From Trichoplax adhaerens (lineage: Eukaryota > Animalia > Placozoa), in the NCBI RefSeq assembly GCF_000150275.1, contig NW_002060943.1, positions 1,292,832 through 1,356,831 on the forward strand: a stretch of DNA of 64,000 nt, written 5' to 3'. Under the pieces are notes generated by a model. That model was not told the DNA's origin. It searched no databases and saw only the letters and a list, made by a program, of their open reading frames with translations. This document shows, in pieces, positions 1 through 12,534 of this stretch. The stretch's first letter is position 1. The number at the start of each line of letters is the position of its first letter. A program made the translations under genes and the position numbers.

Positions 1-3000
1 TTGTAGATGTATAAGAAGTCGACGAGCTTGGAGTTGTATATGTACTAGTCGATGAGTACGGACTAGAGCTGCTTGGAGTCGTGTATATTGAGCTCGATGT
101 CGAATATAGGCTTGTAGATGTATAAGAAGTCGACGAGCTTGGAGTTGTATATGTACTAGTCGACGAGTATGTGCTAGAGCTGCTTGGAGTCGTGTATGTT
201 GAGCTCGAAGTCGAATATAAGCTTGTAGATGTATAAGAAGTCGACGAGCTTGGAGTCGTATATGTACTAGTCGACGAGTACGTACTAGAGCTGCTTGGAG
301 TCGTGTATGTTGAGCTCGAAGTCGAATATAAGCTTGTAGATGTATAAGAAGTCGACGAGCTTGGAGTTGTATATGTACTAGTCGATGAGTACGGACTAGA
401 ACTGCTTGGAGTCGTGTATGTTGAGCTCGAAGTCGAATATAAGCTTGTAGATGTATAAGAAGTCGACGAGCTTGGAGTCGTATACGTACTAGTCGACGAG
501 TACGTACTAGAGGTGCTTGGAGTCGTATATGTTGAGCTCGAAGTCGAGTATAAGCTTGTAGATGTATAAGAAGCCGACGAGCTTGGAGTCGTATATGTAC
601 TAGTCGACGAGTACGTACTAGGGCTGCTTAGAGCCGTGTATGTCGAGCTTGAAGTCGAATATAAGCTTGTAGATGTATAAGAATTCGACGAGCTTGGAGT
701 CATATATGTACTAGTCGACGAGTACGTACTAAAGCTGCTTGGAGTCGCGTATATTGAGCTCGAAGTCGAATATAAGCTTGTAGATGCATAAGAAGTCGAG
801 AAGTACGTACTAGAACTGCTTAGAGTCGTGTATGTTGAGCTCGAAGTCGAATATAAGCTTGTAGATGTATAAGTCGACGAGCTTGGAGTTGTATATGTAC
901 TAGTGGATGAGTACGTACTAGAGCTGCTTGGAGTCGTGTATGTTGAGCTTGATGTCGAATATAAACTTGTAGATGTATAAGAAGTCGACGAGTACGTACT
1001 AGAACTGCTTGGAGTCGTGTATATTGAGCTCGATGTCGAATATAAGCTTGTAGATGTATAAGAAGTCGACGAGCTTGGAGTCGTATATGTACTAGTCGAC
1101 GAGTATGTACTAGAGCTGCTTGGAGTCGTGTATGTTGAGCTCGAAGTCGAATATAAGCTTGTAGATGTATAAGAAGTCGACGAGCTTGGAGTTGTATATG
1201 TACTAGTCGATGAGTACGGACTAGAGCTGCTTGGAGTCGTGTATATTGAGCTCGATGTCGAATATAGGCTTGTAGATGTATAAGAAGTCGACGAGCTTGG
1301 AGTTGTATATGTACTAGTCGACGAGTATGTGCTAGAGCTGCTTGGAGTCGTGTATGTTGAGCTCGAAGTCGAATATAAGCTTGTAGATGTATAAGAAGTC
1401 GACGAGCTTGGAGTCGTATATGTACTAGTCGACGAGTACGTACTAGAGCTGCTTGGAGTCGTGTATGTTGAGCTCGAAGTCGAATATAAGCTTGTAGATG
1501 TATAAGAAGTCGACGAGCTTGGAGTTGTATATGTACTAGTCGATGAGTACGGACTAGAACTGCTTGGAGTCGTGTATGTTGAGCTCGAAGTCGAATATAA
1601 GCTTGTAGATGTATAAGAAGTCGACGAGCTTGGAGTCGTATACGTACTAGTCGACGAGTACGTACTAGAGCTGCTTGAAGTCGTATATGTTGAGCTCGAA
1701 GTCGAATATAAGCTTGTAGATGTATAAGAAGTCGACGAGCTTGGAGTCGTATATGTACTAGTCGACGAGTACGTACTAGAGCTGCTTAGAGTCGTGTATG
1801 TCGAGCTTGATGTCGAATATAAGCTTGTAGATGTATAAGAAGTCGACGAGCTTGGAGTCGTATATTTACTAGTCGATGAGTACGTACTAGAGCTGCTTAG
1901 AGCCGTGTATGTTGAGCTTGATGTCGAATATAAGCTTGTAGATGTATAATAAGTCGACGAGGTAGGAGTCGTATATGTACTAGTCGACAAGTGTGTGCTA
2001 GAGCTGCTTGGAGTCGTGTATGTTGAGCTCGAAGTCGAATATAAGCTTGTAGATGTATAAGAAGTCGACGAGCTTGGAGTCGTATATGTACTAGTCGACG
2101 AGTATGTACTAGAGCTGCTTGGAGTCGTATATGTTGAGCTTGAAGTCGAATATAAGCTTGTAGATGTATAAGAAGTCGACGAGCTTGGAGTCGTATATGT
2201 ACTAGTCGATGAGTACGTACTAGAGCTGCTTGGAGTCGTGTATGTTGAGCTCGAAGTCGAATATAAGCTTGTAGATGTATAAGAAGTCGACGAGCTTGGA
2301 GTTGTATATGTACTAGTCGATGAGTATGTACTAGAACTGCTTGGAGTCGTGTATATTGAGCTCGAAGTCGAATATAAGCTTGTAGATGTATAAGAAGTCG
2401 ACAAGCTTGGAGTCGTATATGTACTAGTCGACGAGTACGTACTAGAACTGCTTGGAGTCGTGTATGTTGAGCTCGAAGTCGAATATAAGCTTGTAGATGT
2501 ATAAGAAGAAGTCGACGAGCTTGGAGTTGTATATGTACTAGTCGACGAGTACGTACTAGAGCTGCTTGGAGTCATGTATGTTGAGCTCGAAGTTGAGCTA
2601 GGAGTCGTATATGTACTAGAACTGCTTGGAGTCGTGTATGTTGAGCTCGAAGTCGAATATAAGCTTGTAGATGTATAAGAAGCCGACGAGCTTAGAGTTG
2701 TATATGTACTAGTTGACGAGTACGCATGAGAGCTGCTTGGAGTCGTGTATGTTGAGCTCGAAGTCGAATGTAAGCTTGCAGATGTATAAGAAGTCGACGA
2801 GCTTAGAGTTGTATATGTACTAGTCGACGAGTACGTACTAGAACTGCTTGGAGTCGTGTATGTTGAGCTCGAAGTCGAATATAAGCTTGTAGATGTATAA
2901 GAAGTCGAAGAGCTTGGAGTTGTATATGTACTAGTCGACGAGCTTGGAGTCGTATATGTACTAGTCGATGAGTACGTACTAGAACTGCTTGGAGTCGTGT

Positions 3001-5500
3001 ATGTAGAGCTCGATATCGAATATAAGCTTGTAGATGTATAAGAAGTAGACAAGCTTGGAGCCGTATATGTACTAGTCGACGAGTACGTACTAGAGCTGCT
3101 TAGAGTCGTGTATGTTGAGCTGGACGTCGAAAATAAGCTTGTAGATGTATAAGAAGTCGACGAGCTTGGAGTTGTATATGTACTAGTCGACAAGTACGTA
3201 CTAGAACTGCTTGGAGTCGTGTATGTTGAGCTTGATGTCGAATATAAGCTTGTAGATGTATAAGAAGTCGACGAGCTTGGAGTTGTATATGTACTAGTTG
3301 ATGAATATGCGCTAGAACTGCTTGGAGTCGTGTATGTTGAGCTTGATGTCGAATATAAGCTTGTAGATGTATAAGAAGTCGACGAGCTAGGAGTCGTATA
3401 TGTACTAGTCGATGAGTATGTGCTAGAACTGCTTGGAGTCGTGTATGTTGAGCTCGAAGTCGAATATAAACTTGTAGATGTATAAGAAGTCGACGAGCTA
3501 GGAGTCGTATATGTACTAGTCGACGAGTACGTACTAGAACTGCTTGGAGTCGTGTATGTTGAGCTCGATGTCGAATATAAGCTTGTAGATGTATAAGAAG
3601 TCGACAAGCTTGGAGTCGTATATGTACTAGTCGACGAGAATGTACTAGAGCTGCTTGGAGTCGTGTATGTTGAGCTTGATGTCGAATATAAGCTTGTAGA
3701 TGTATAAGAAGAAGTCGACGAGCTTAGAGTCATATATGTACTAGTCGACGAGTACGTACTAGAGCTGCTTGGAGTCGTGTATGTTGAGCTCGATGTCGAA
3801 TATAAGCTTGTAGATGTATAAGAAGGCGAAGAGTACGTACTAGAACTGCTTAGAGTCGTGTATGTCGAGCTCGATGTCAAATATAAGCTTGTAGATGTAT
3901 AAGAAGTCGACGAGCTTGGAGTTGTATATGTACTAGAACTGCTTGGAGTCGTGTATGTTGAGCTTAATGTCGAATATAAGCTTGTAGATGTATAAGAAGT
4001 CGACGAGCTAGGAGCCGTATATGTACTAGTCGACGAGTACGTACTAGAACTGCTTGGAGTCGTGTATGTTGAGCTCGAAGTCGAATATAAGCTTGTAGAT
4101 GTATAAGAAGTCGACGAGCTTGGAGTCGTATATGTACTAGTCGACGAGTGCGTACTAGAGCTGCTTGGAGTCGTGTATGTTGAGCTCGAAGTCGAATATA
4201 AGCTTGTAGATGTATAAGAAGTCGACGAGCTTGGAGTCGTATATGTACTAGTCGACAAGTGTGTACTAGAGCTGCTTGGAGTCGTGTATGTTGAGCTCGA
4301 TGTCGAATATAAGCTTGTAGATGTATAAGCAGAAGTCGACGAGCTTGGAGTCGTATATTTACTAGTCGACGAGTATGTACTAGAGCTGCTTGGAGTCGCG
4401 TGTGTTGAGATTGAAGTCGAATATAAGCTTGTAGATGTATAAGAAGTCGACGAGCTTGGAGTTGTATATGTACTAGTCGACGAGTGCGTACTAGAGCTGC
4501 TTGGAGTCGTGTATGTTGAGCTCGATGTCGAATATAAGCTTGTAGATGTATAAGAAGTCGACGAGCTTGGAGTTGTATATGTACTAGTCGATGAGTACGT
4601 GCTAGAACTGCTTGGAGTCGTGTATGTTGAGCTCGAAGTCGAATATAAGCTTGTAGATGTATAAGAAGTCGACGAGCTTGGAGTTGTATATGTACTAGTT
4701 GATGAGTAAGTACTAGAGCTGCTTGGAGTCGTGTATGTTGAGCTCGAAGTCGAATATAAGCTTGTAGATGTATAAGAAGTCGACGAGCTTGGAGTTGTAT
4801 ATGTACTAGTCGACGAGTACGTACTAGAGCTGCTTAGGGTCGTGTATGTTGAGCTTGATGTCGAATATAAGCTTGTAGATGTATAAGAAGTCGACGAGCT
4901 AGGAGCCGTATATGTACTAGTAGACGTGTACGTGCTAGAACTGCTTGGAGTCGTGTATGTTGAGCTCGAAGTCGAATATAAGCTTGTAGATGTATAAGAA
5001 GTCGACGAGCTTGGAGTTGTATATGTGCTAGTCGACGAGTACGTACTAGAGCTGCTTGGAGTCGTGTATGTTGAGCTCGAAGTCGAATATAAGCTTGTAG
5101 ATGTATAAGAAGAAGTCGACGAGCTTGGAGTCGTATATGTACTAGTCGATAAGTGTGTACTAGAACTGCTTGGAGTTGTGTATGTTGAGCTTGAAGTCGA
5201 ATATAAGCTTGTAGATGTATAAGAAGTCGACGAGCTTGGAGTTGTATATGTACTAAACGACGAGTAAGTACTAGAGCTGCTTGGAGTCGTGTATGTTGAG
5301 CTTGATGTCGAATATAAGCTTGTAGATGTATAAGAAGTCGACGAGCTTGGAGTTGTATATGTACTAGTCGACGAGTACGTACTAGAGCTGCTTGGAGTCG
5401 TGTATGTTGAGCTCGAAGTCGAATATAAGCTTGTAGATGTATATGTACTAGTCGATGAGTACGTACTAGAACTGCTTGGAGTCGTGTATGTTGAGCTTGG
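1..5500. repeat. Coding minisatellite, 111-bp unit, about 50 copies
   Basis: ttgtagatgtataagaagtcgacgag recurs at 1, 112, 223 and onward. Some units have 3-bp or 24-bp indels. Confidence 0.97.
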
Positions 5501-5686
5501 TGTTATAGACGTACTAGTTGGAGAAGTGTATGCGGAGCTTGTGGACGGATAAGAAGTCGACGGGCTTGATGTTGCATACATGCTAGTGCTGCTTAGAGTA
5601 GTGAAAGTTAATGATGATGGAGATGCTGTATACGAACTTGCCGAAGAATATACAGACGATGTTGTGATAGACATCACAGATGTGGA
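2..5686 (-). CDS. Large exon of a secreted mucin-like Ser/Thr/Tyr-rich tandem-repeat protein (open at the left window edge and bounded by an N-gap on the right)
   Basis: The minus-strand frame reads STSVMSITTSSVYSSASSYTASPSSLTFTTLSSTSMYATSSPSTSYPSTSSAYTS..., then repeats of LYSTSSSTYTTPSSSSTYSSTSTYTTPSSSTSYTSTS. The codon phase is the same at position 2 and position 5642. The indels inspected between units are multiples of 3, and no in-frame stop was seen in the units checked. The ORF track misses it because it has no stop in the window. Confidence 0.9.
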
Positions 5687-5687
5687 A

Positions 5688-5796
5688 NNNNNNNNNNNNN
5701 NNNNNNNNNNNNNNNNNNNNNNNNNNNNNNNNNNNNNNNNNNNNNNNNNNNNNNNNNNNNNNNNNNNNNNNNNNNNNNNNNNNNNNNNNNNNNNNN
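5688..5796. other. Assembly gap (N run)
   Basis: Run of n characters. The two ORF-track entries spanning it are artefacts. Confidence 0.99.
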
Positions 5797-7434
5797 GTCA
5801 CATACTAATACTAACTGTACTGTACTGTACTAAAATTGTCCTGCAACTCTAATATATTCTTAAATAAAACCATTTTAAACTGTTCTTTAAATGTAGATAC
5901 TTTTATAGCCTTCTTATGGAATCTACAAATATAGGTTGATATGTTTAGTTATTTACACCCCATACAGTCTTCGCCAGTTTTCTATAATTATTTGCTATTA
6001 CATAGCCTATTATGGTAGATGATGTATCTAATTTTGTATCCTAGTTCTTTCCATGTGCTGTGTCTCTAAGGCTATAAACACCAACGACTTCTGCCTCAGA
6101 TTTAGTTAGTTGCAACAGTTGTAGCGTTAGTATTTTTCACTATACTTCATGGCAGCTTACATGCTCCCCAACATTACAGTACTACCAGATCGTAGGTAAC
6201 CACAGTCTACAACATTGTACCTATTTTCTACTGAAATCTTTGAGTGATTCTCTGCATGGCAACTAAGTCTGCTACTGCTGTTGTATCGAGCTCTCCATCA
6301 CGCTACTTTCTATAAATTTGTGTCGATTGTAGATTTATTTTACAACAGGTACGATGGAATAATTCCATTGCATAAAATCCTTTATGTAGGCTCCAAGATA
6401 TGGTACCATATCGATTTTTGTAGAAAATAAATCGAATTTTAAAAATTTTCAAGTAACGTTTTTAACTTTAAACTGTATTTAATTAAGTGGTCTAGATGAT
6501 TACAGCAATTAAAAATCAAATCCTACAAAATATAGATAATTTTCTCGTAATTCGAATATATATTCCTGTAATGGCTACTTACAATTAGCACTAGTATTAC
6601 TATTAACATCGTAAAAATCTATATTCTACCTAGAAATTTTAGTATTATAGTACTGTATACATATAGCGAAACCAGTTCAACGATAAGCATGCACGCTTTA
6701 CCCATTCTACTTTACTATAGTTATTCAACTATTTTACATCGTTATACACGCTAAAACTTTATACGATGTTTTTCTCATGCTCACTGCAATCAAGACAACT
6801 TTTTACTTGGTTATTCTCTGTAATTTCTTACGATTGTAGCGGACAGATAATATCTTGAAACATCACAACGTGCAGTCCATTTAATAATTAAATGAAACAG
6901 CCTATAGCACACTATAAGATATGCAAAATGCATCTCAGTCAATATTTTCTCGATAAATCTATATCCTATATTCTTAATTGAAATCATTCTTAGTCATGGA
7001 TTATTTTAATGGAAAACATACCAAAGGTAATTTTATTTAACCCAGATGATGAAAGTAAACGGTTGTAGAAGTAGGTAATTATATGTAATATAATATGCTA
7101 TGAAATTCAAATAAGGCAAGGAGTATTTCATTAATTAATAAATCTATATCTTATATTTCTTAATTCAAATGATATTGACCTTGACCACTTCTGTTAGAGG
7201 GCTTATTTTGAAGCTAATCTTATTTAATACTGATGGCAAAGACTAACCATGGCGATAACGGAAATTATTAGATGCCGGCGTAAAACTTCAGATTAAGCTG
7301 ACCGCAAAGTTATGTATTCGTTCATTTTTTGAATACATAGATTATATAATTATCGTTCTATACCACGTTAAACAGTTTAAGTTTTGACTACTGTTGGTAA
7401 AAAATTATCTACATTAAAATTTTTTTGTGCTTAC

Positions 7435-7510
7435 CTGTCGTAGTTTGGCCATAGCTGATGATAGCAATGGCAAAAATGATTGCCAAGACGGAAGTTGAAT
7501 TTGCTGCCAT
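7435..7510 (-). CDS. Probable first (signal-peptide) exon of the Ser/Thr/Tyr repeat protein
   Basis: ATG at 7510 gives MAANSTSVLAIIFAIAIISYGQTTT, followed by a phase-1 donor G|GTAAG. It has a hydrophobic core and a plausible SYG-Q cleavage site. It is on the same strand and directly upstream of the repeat exon; linkage across the gap is inferred. Confidence 0.75.
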
Positions 7511-10500
7511 TCCGCTGTTGTAATTTACGCTTTTTCTTTATCGTATTTACCAATCACGGAGTTTTTATGTGATATTTCTTCATCGATTTCATCTAATGCA
7601 AACCTAAAAAATATTTTACCGTTTTACTAGTGAGACTGTGCGTAATTCGCTTTTAATACTTAAAAGCTATTAATATATATATATATATGAATTAGTGTGA
7701 TAAGAATCAACGTGGTCAGGATCGAAAGGAACGCTACAGGGAACAATTGACAATAATGAGATTAGTTCGTATTCAAAACAAGTTACTTTCGGTAACATAC
7801 ACGTGTACTTACTGGTAGTATATCTTGACAATTGCTGTCTAATTTTCAGTCTTCTAGCGGCACTATTTTACCAAAGTAAGATAAAGAATATGTGTGAATA
7901 ATTTTATAATCAATTAGAGCTTACTTGCCTCTTCCCCATTTTACGCATACGGGTATAATATCAACTATACTAAAAGTGAATAATAGCAGCGTTATTTATA
8001 ACTTGGTAATAACAGATAGATGTTTATTGACTGTTAAATTTTAGGACATAAAATTAAAATTTGGAAATCGAAGAAATAATATGATTTGAAAAAAGTGCGT
8101 TATTCATCCCGTTAATTATCATTAACGGACTTTGTTGCAGTATCTGCCTGAAATATATTATGAATATAATGTACTAATCGTGATGTAAAAGACTACAGAA
8201 TAACAGTCAATCACTATTATTCCTTATACATTTTCGTCTTAATTTATTTACTCAACATGAATTGATAGGGGAGTTTTGCATCTCTAGCCGTTAAATGAAA
8301 TGAATAAGACTGAAAAGTATAAATGCTTAATTATTATCATTAGCATGGTGAACAATCAATGTTACATACAATGGGGAACAATAATGCTAGAATTCTGCTA
8401 GTATATGATATTTTTGGCTAATATATCACTTAATAAGGTTACTGTACTAGATAATTACAATTTGAAAATTTTAATTTTGTACATTAAATCACCATGTCTA
8501 CGCTACGTTGACCCCTACTGCAGGGTCCGTCAATGCATTAGCCAACTCCATCTGATCAATAGTTTGTATATAGGGCGTTCCCATAGTATTTTATAAAATA
8601 AATTTATCGCTTTATATAATTTCTTTCGATGATAAATTTAATTTATATTAAAATATATGGCTGTCTAATAACCACTTTAACTTAGGTTACACGACTATAA
8701 CAGGAATAGATGTAATACTTCAGCTCAATCTATGAAGCTACAGAAAATTTATTTGGCTCCGCCAGTCAAGTCTTGATAGTTAGTAATACAAACAATACAT
8801 TATACTCATAGATAATATTGAAACATGTAATTTTCCAGTTATTGTTATTTTAATGGGTATGCATTAAATTTATTCACAAATGTAACCAAGCACTGTCCGT
8901 AGAATCTTAAGATGTATAATAATTAAACTATTTAGATCGAATGGATAGACCGCATTCAATTTAGACGAAAATGGACGTATTTAATTACATACTCATATTT
9001 TCAGATTTATCTACTTATATCTGATAATTTCGTCAAATCTACTTGAAAAAAGTCCATTAACCAGATGTAAATTTAAATCTTTAATTTTTACAGCCACTAT
9101 GTGCATTTTATTTAATCGTATGATCCTTATAATGAGATAACATAGCATAGGCTAATCAATGGAAGACAGAAAATCAGAGCCTTACGCATTTGAAATTTTG
9201 CTTTAGTTTCGATTTATTTACTACTGCTGTAATTGAAGTATAAAATTTTTTAAAATTAGGAGCGTATTAATATTGAAGATGTTCTCTTATGTTGAGTGTG
9301 TCGTTATAGTCAAAGATGCAATAATACATTGTTAATTTCTAATGTGTATTATTGAAAATTTCGTCTAAGCTTAGTGTGAATACAGAATGCTAATATTAAT
9401 TGTAGAAAATATAGTGTTCACTATCAGGCCTTACCAGTACAAAATCATCCATTTACGGACCAAAGACGTTAAGATTGTCAACATATACGCTTTGTAATGA
9501 CTATTTATTACTGCAACATTGTGTCGGGATAGCAAATTAGCAAGGGCTGCAAGGGCTGAAGAACTTAATGTAATATTGTAGCGACTGAGAAGCAAAATAA
9601 AATTGAGGATTAACAATTGTCCCCGTCTATATAGTATTTTAAGCCGATAAGCTATTCCCCTTTACTAAATAAACAGTTTGCTGACTATAAATCAACTTTA
9701 TACACTATTGAATCATTAATCAGAACTAAAGCCTCCTAACTAAAATACGGTAACGTAGAATTCTATGCCAGATTAAATTTGACTTGCCATATACAGTCAA
9801 TAAATCAATTGGTATTAAGACCTCTCTGAAGGCTTGGTAGCTAGCTAGTTTTATAGCAACTTAGAAAATGATGTTAGTATCAAAATGCATACTTGTTAAT
9901 TAAATTTAACTTGCAGAATGTATGTAATAATAGTATGCTGAGCATGTGTCTGCCTACGTGACCTAGAGACTAATTGAATCAAAGATCAAATTTGGGTGTG
10001 TCGTCAACGTTTTATGTATTAGAGTAAAAGATAAGCGTGGAAAGCTACATCATATTTAATTATCCAATTCTTTACATCATCCTTTCCACATCTGCATTTA
10101 CCTATTTTCGTTTGCCAAAGTTTTGTCTTAGAAATGATCGCTGGCATGGTTGATGATTGAGTATCTGCTATTATGATAGCAAGGTTTAAAGTTCAATCAC
10201 CTTCAATTTAATAAAGTTCAATTATAAAAGAAGTTCTACCTCTAAAATTAAAGTTAAACTTGAGCAAATTGAGTAGTGCTCTATAGAAAGAAAGGCATCG
10301 CCAACCATTTTGTAGCGGTTGCCATGGAGAATCTAGGGGGGCATTTCCGCCCCTATTATCTCTAGCTCGGCTATTAACTATATCGATCAATATTATATTC
10401 TCTATACTGTTACTGTTTTTAAGCAAGTTTAATTTGTTTTAGTGCTAGCAGCAGCTGAAGCAGTGCCTCTTGCCAAGAAGAAGACATCATCGTTCTAATA

Positions 10501-10860
10501 TCACCCTACAATTTAGTAATTTATACTGACAATTTACTAATGTATAGGATAGCATACTGCATCGTAGCTATTTTTAGGTAGTTTATATGATATACAGGGG
10601 GATGTAGCATGCATTTCATTCCATCCTATAGGAGTGACCATAACATTAATCCATTGCAAAATCAAATTACCTTAATAAATCCTAACCAGTCCATACCCTA
10701 TGAAGAGAATTACTCCACAACTTCTGCCTTGTTTTGGGAGTAATAACAAAATTTCTAATAGATAATACTCAAATCATGGTTAATCTCCACATAGCGATAT
10801 CATTAACTTGATAAGAATTGAAAATATAAATGATCGTACAAATTAGTATTTAGAATTATC

Positions 10861-12534
10861 ATGGCTACTGATTCAATTAATTTACGCCAGCCGTCATCTG
10901 CTACCGAACAAGATAACGATTCCGATTTTAATGATCGAACAAAACTGTTATCTGATAGTCAAGAGATAAACTCAGCGAATGGATCTACCCATCACGAAGG
11001 TGGAAAAAGTAATCGACGATTAACTGTGGATGACATTGCGGAATCACTCAATTGTGGCTTATTCCAGTATTTATGCAATTTTGTCTGTGGATTATGCTTC
11101 ATCGCTGAAGGTCTAATTATCCAATCGATCAGTATTATTGCCATGTCCGCCTGTGATTTAAATATCAACCCCCATAACCGAACATGGCTTAGCATGTCCT
11201 TGCTTATTGGTATCGTTGTCAGTTGTGCATTTTGGGGCCGATTAGGCGATTCCTTTGGTAGGAGGAGAGTGTTGCTATTAGCATTATTTATTAATATTAC
11301 ATTTACGCTTCTGTCAGCATTTTCTTATAATTATCAAATGTTAATTATCATGGCCTTCTTTAACGGATTTGGAACAGGAGGAGTGTTACCTGTAGCCTTA
11401 GCTTATGTTATTGAATTCTTTCCTCGAAAGTATCGAGGTATGGCTGGATTTTCAGCTAATGCATACTGGAGTTTTGGTAATATTTATGCCGCGGTAATGG
11501 CACTTTTAATTATAACTAGATCGATTGCAATTCCTATTGGTAATATTGTTTTGACCGGTTGGCGTATTTTCACAATAGTTTGCGCTATACCTCCGTTGAT
11601 AGCATTAATCAGCTTAGCATTTATGCCGAATAGTCCTCGATTTCTAATTAAGCAAGGCAAACGAGAGAAAACATTAAGTGTAATAAATAGAATACATCGC
11701 ATTAATAGTTACTGTAGCAATAAGCATAGAAATCAATCGTTGCGTATCAAATTAGCAGATTTGCCTACTATGAGTGATATACTAAATGATATTGATAAGG
11801 ATGAAGGTAAAGCTAGCTGTTCATGCTGGTCTCGAATAGTACAATTTATGCGACAATATGCAATCCTTTATTCTTTAAAGTGGCGTAAAAGGACATTATT
11901 AATGACCGCTGTATGGTTTTTATTTTGCCTTTGCACTTACGGATTTTGGCTTTGGTTACCAACCTATTTCTCACTCTATGCTCATGGTCATGGACACAAA
12001 TGTCTCCGCCCTGTTATTTTGAATCGTACACGTTATCACATGAATGTGTTAAATCAATCATTATCATGTATAGAAAACACCCGCAATACAGCTATTTATC
12101 GTAATTTATTTCTAACAACGCTATCAACACTCCTTGCCGAACTTATTTTTATACCTATTATTAATATATCTGGAAGAAAACTATTATTTAGTGGATTAGC
12201 TCTGGCAACGGGTGTAATTATGTTAAGCATTTGGTTAACCAATACATCAACAGGTGTACTCGTATTTTCATGTTTGTTCACTGGTATATCCGGTGCTGCG
12301 TGGCCAGTATTAAATGTATGGACTTCTGAATTGTATCCAACACAACTTCGTTCCACGTCCAATGGCTATCTTAATTTATGGGCTCGAATTGGTGCTATAA
12401 TAGGAACTACCACATTTGGTTTATTATTACAAGTTAGCTGTAAATTACCAATTATTATTGTTGGCATTATATGTTTACTAAGCGCAATTCTTGCTATATT
12501 TTTGCCAGATACGAGTAAAGTAGATATTGACTAG
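10861..12534 (+). CDS. Intronless MFS transporter, SV2/SVOP-like (557 aa)
   Basis: About 12 hydrophobic segments. Motif A GRLGDSFGRRR, EFFPRKYRG, MPNSPRFL and SELYPTQLRS are present. ACDLNI and a Cys/N-glycosylated loop after WLPTYF resemble the SV2 family. Confidence 0.92.
   Translation: MATDSINLRQPSSATEQDNDSDFNDRTKLLSDSQEINSANGSTHHEGGKSNRRLTVDDIAESLNCGLFQYLCNFVCGLCFIAEGLIIQSISIIAMSACDLNINPHNRTWLSMSLLIGIVVSCAFWGRLGDSFGRRRVLLLALFINITFTLLSAFSYNYQMLIIMAFFNGFGTGGVLPVALAYVIEFFPRKYRGMAGFSANAYWSFGNIYAAVMALLIITRSIAIPIGNIVLTGWRIFTIVCAIPPLIALISLAFMPNSPRFLIKQGKREKTLSVINRIHRINSYCSNKHRNQSLRIKLADLPTMSDILNDIDKDEGKASCSCWSRIVQFMRQYAILYSLKWRKRTLLMTAVWFLFCLCTYGFWLWLPTYFSLYAHGHGHKCLRPVILNRTRYHMNVLNQSLSCIENTRNTAIYRNLFLTTLSTLLAELIFIPIINISGRKLLFSGLALATGVIMLSIWLTNTSTGVLVFSCLFTGISGAAWPVLNVWTSELYPTQLRSTSNGYLNLWARIGAIIGTTTFGLLLQVSCKLPIIIVGIICLLSAILAIFLPDTSKVDID

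Noticed and set aside
1-5500. Synthetic polylinker or vector origin suggested by dense SalI, SacI, HindIII and SpeI sites
   Set aside because: The sites arise from Ser/Thr codon pairs, and the units show natural divergence and grade into unique coding sequence.
1-5500. CRISPR array or non-coding satellite
   Set aside because: There are no unique spacers, the context is eukaryotic, and the minus-strand frame is preserved.
5580-5852. ORF-track entries spanning the N gap
   Set aside because: They are artefacts of Ns and lie antisense to, or out of frame with, the real exon.
10443-10498. Exon-like VLAAAEAVPLAKKKTSSF* after an AG acceptor
   Set aside because: No upstream partner exon or homology was found. 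It may be UTR or chance.
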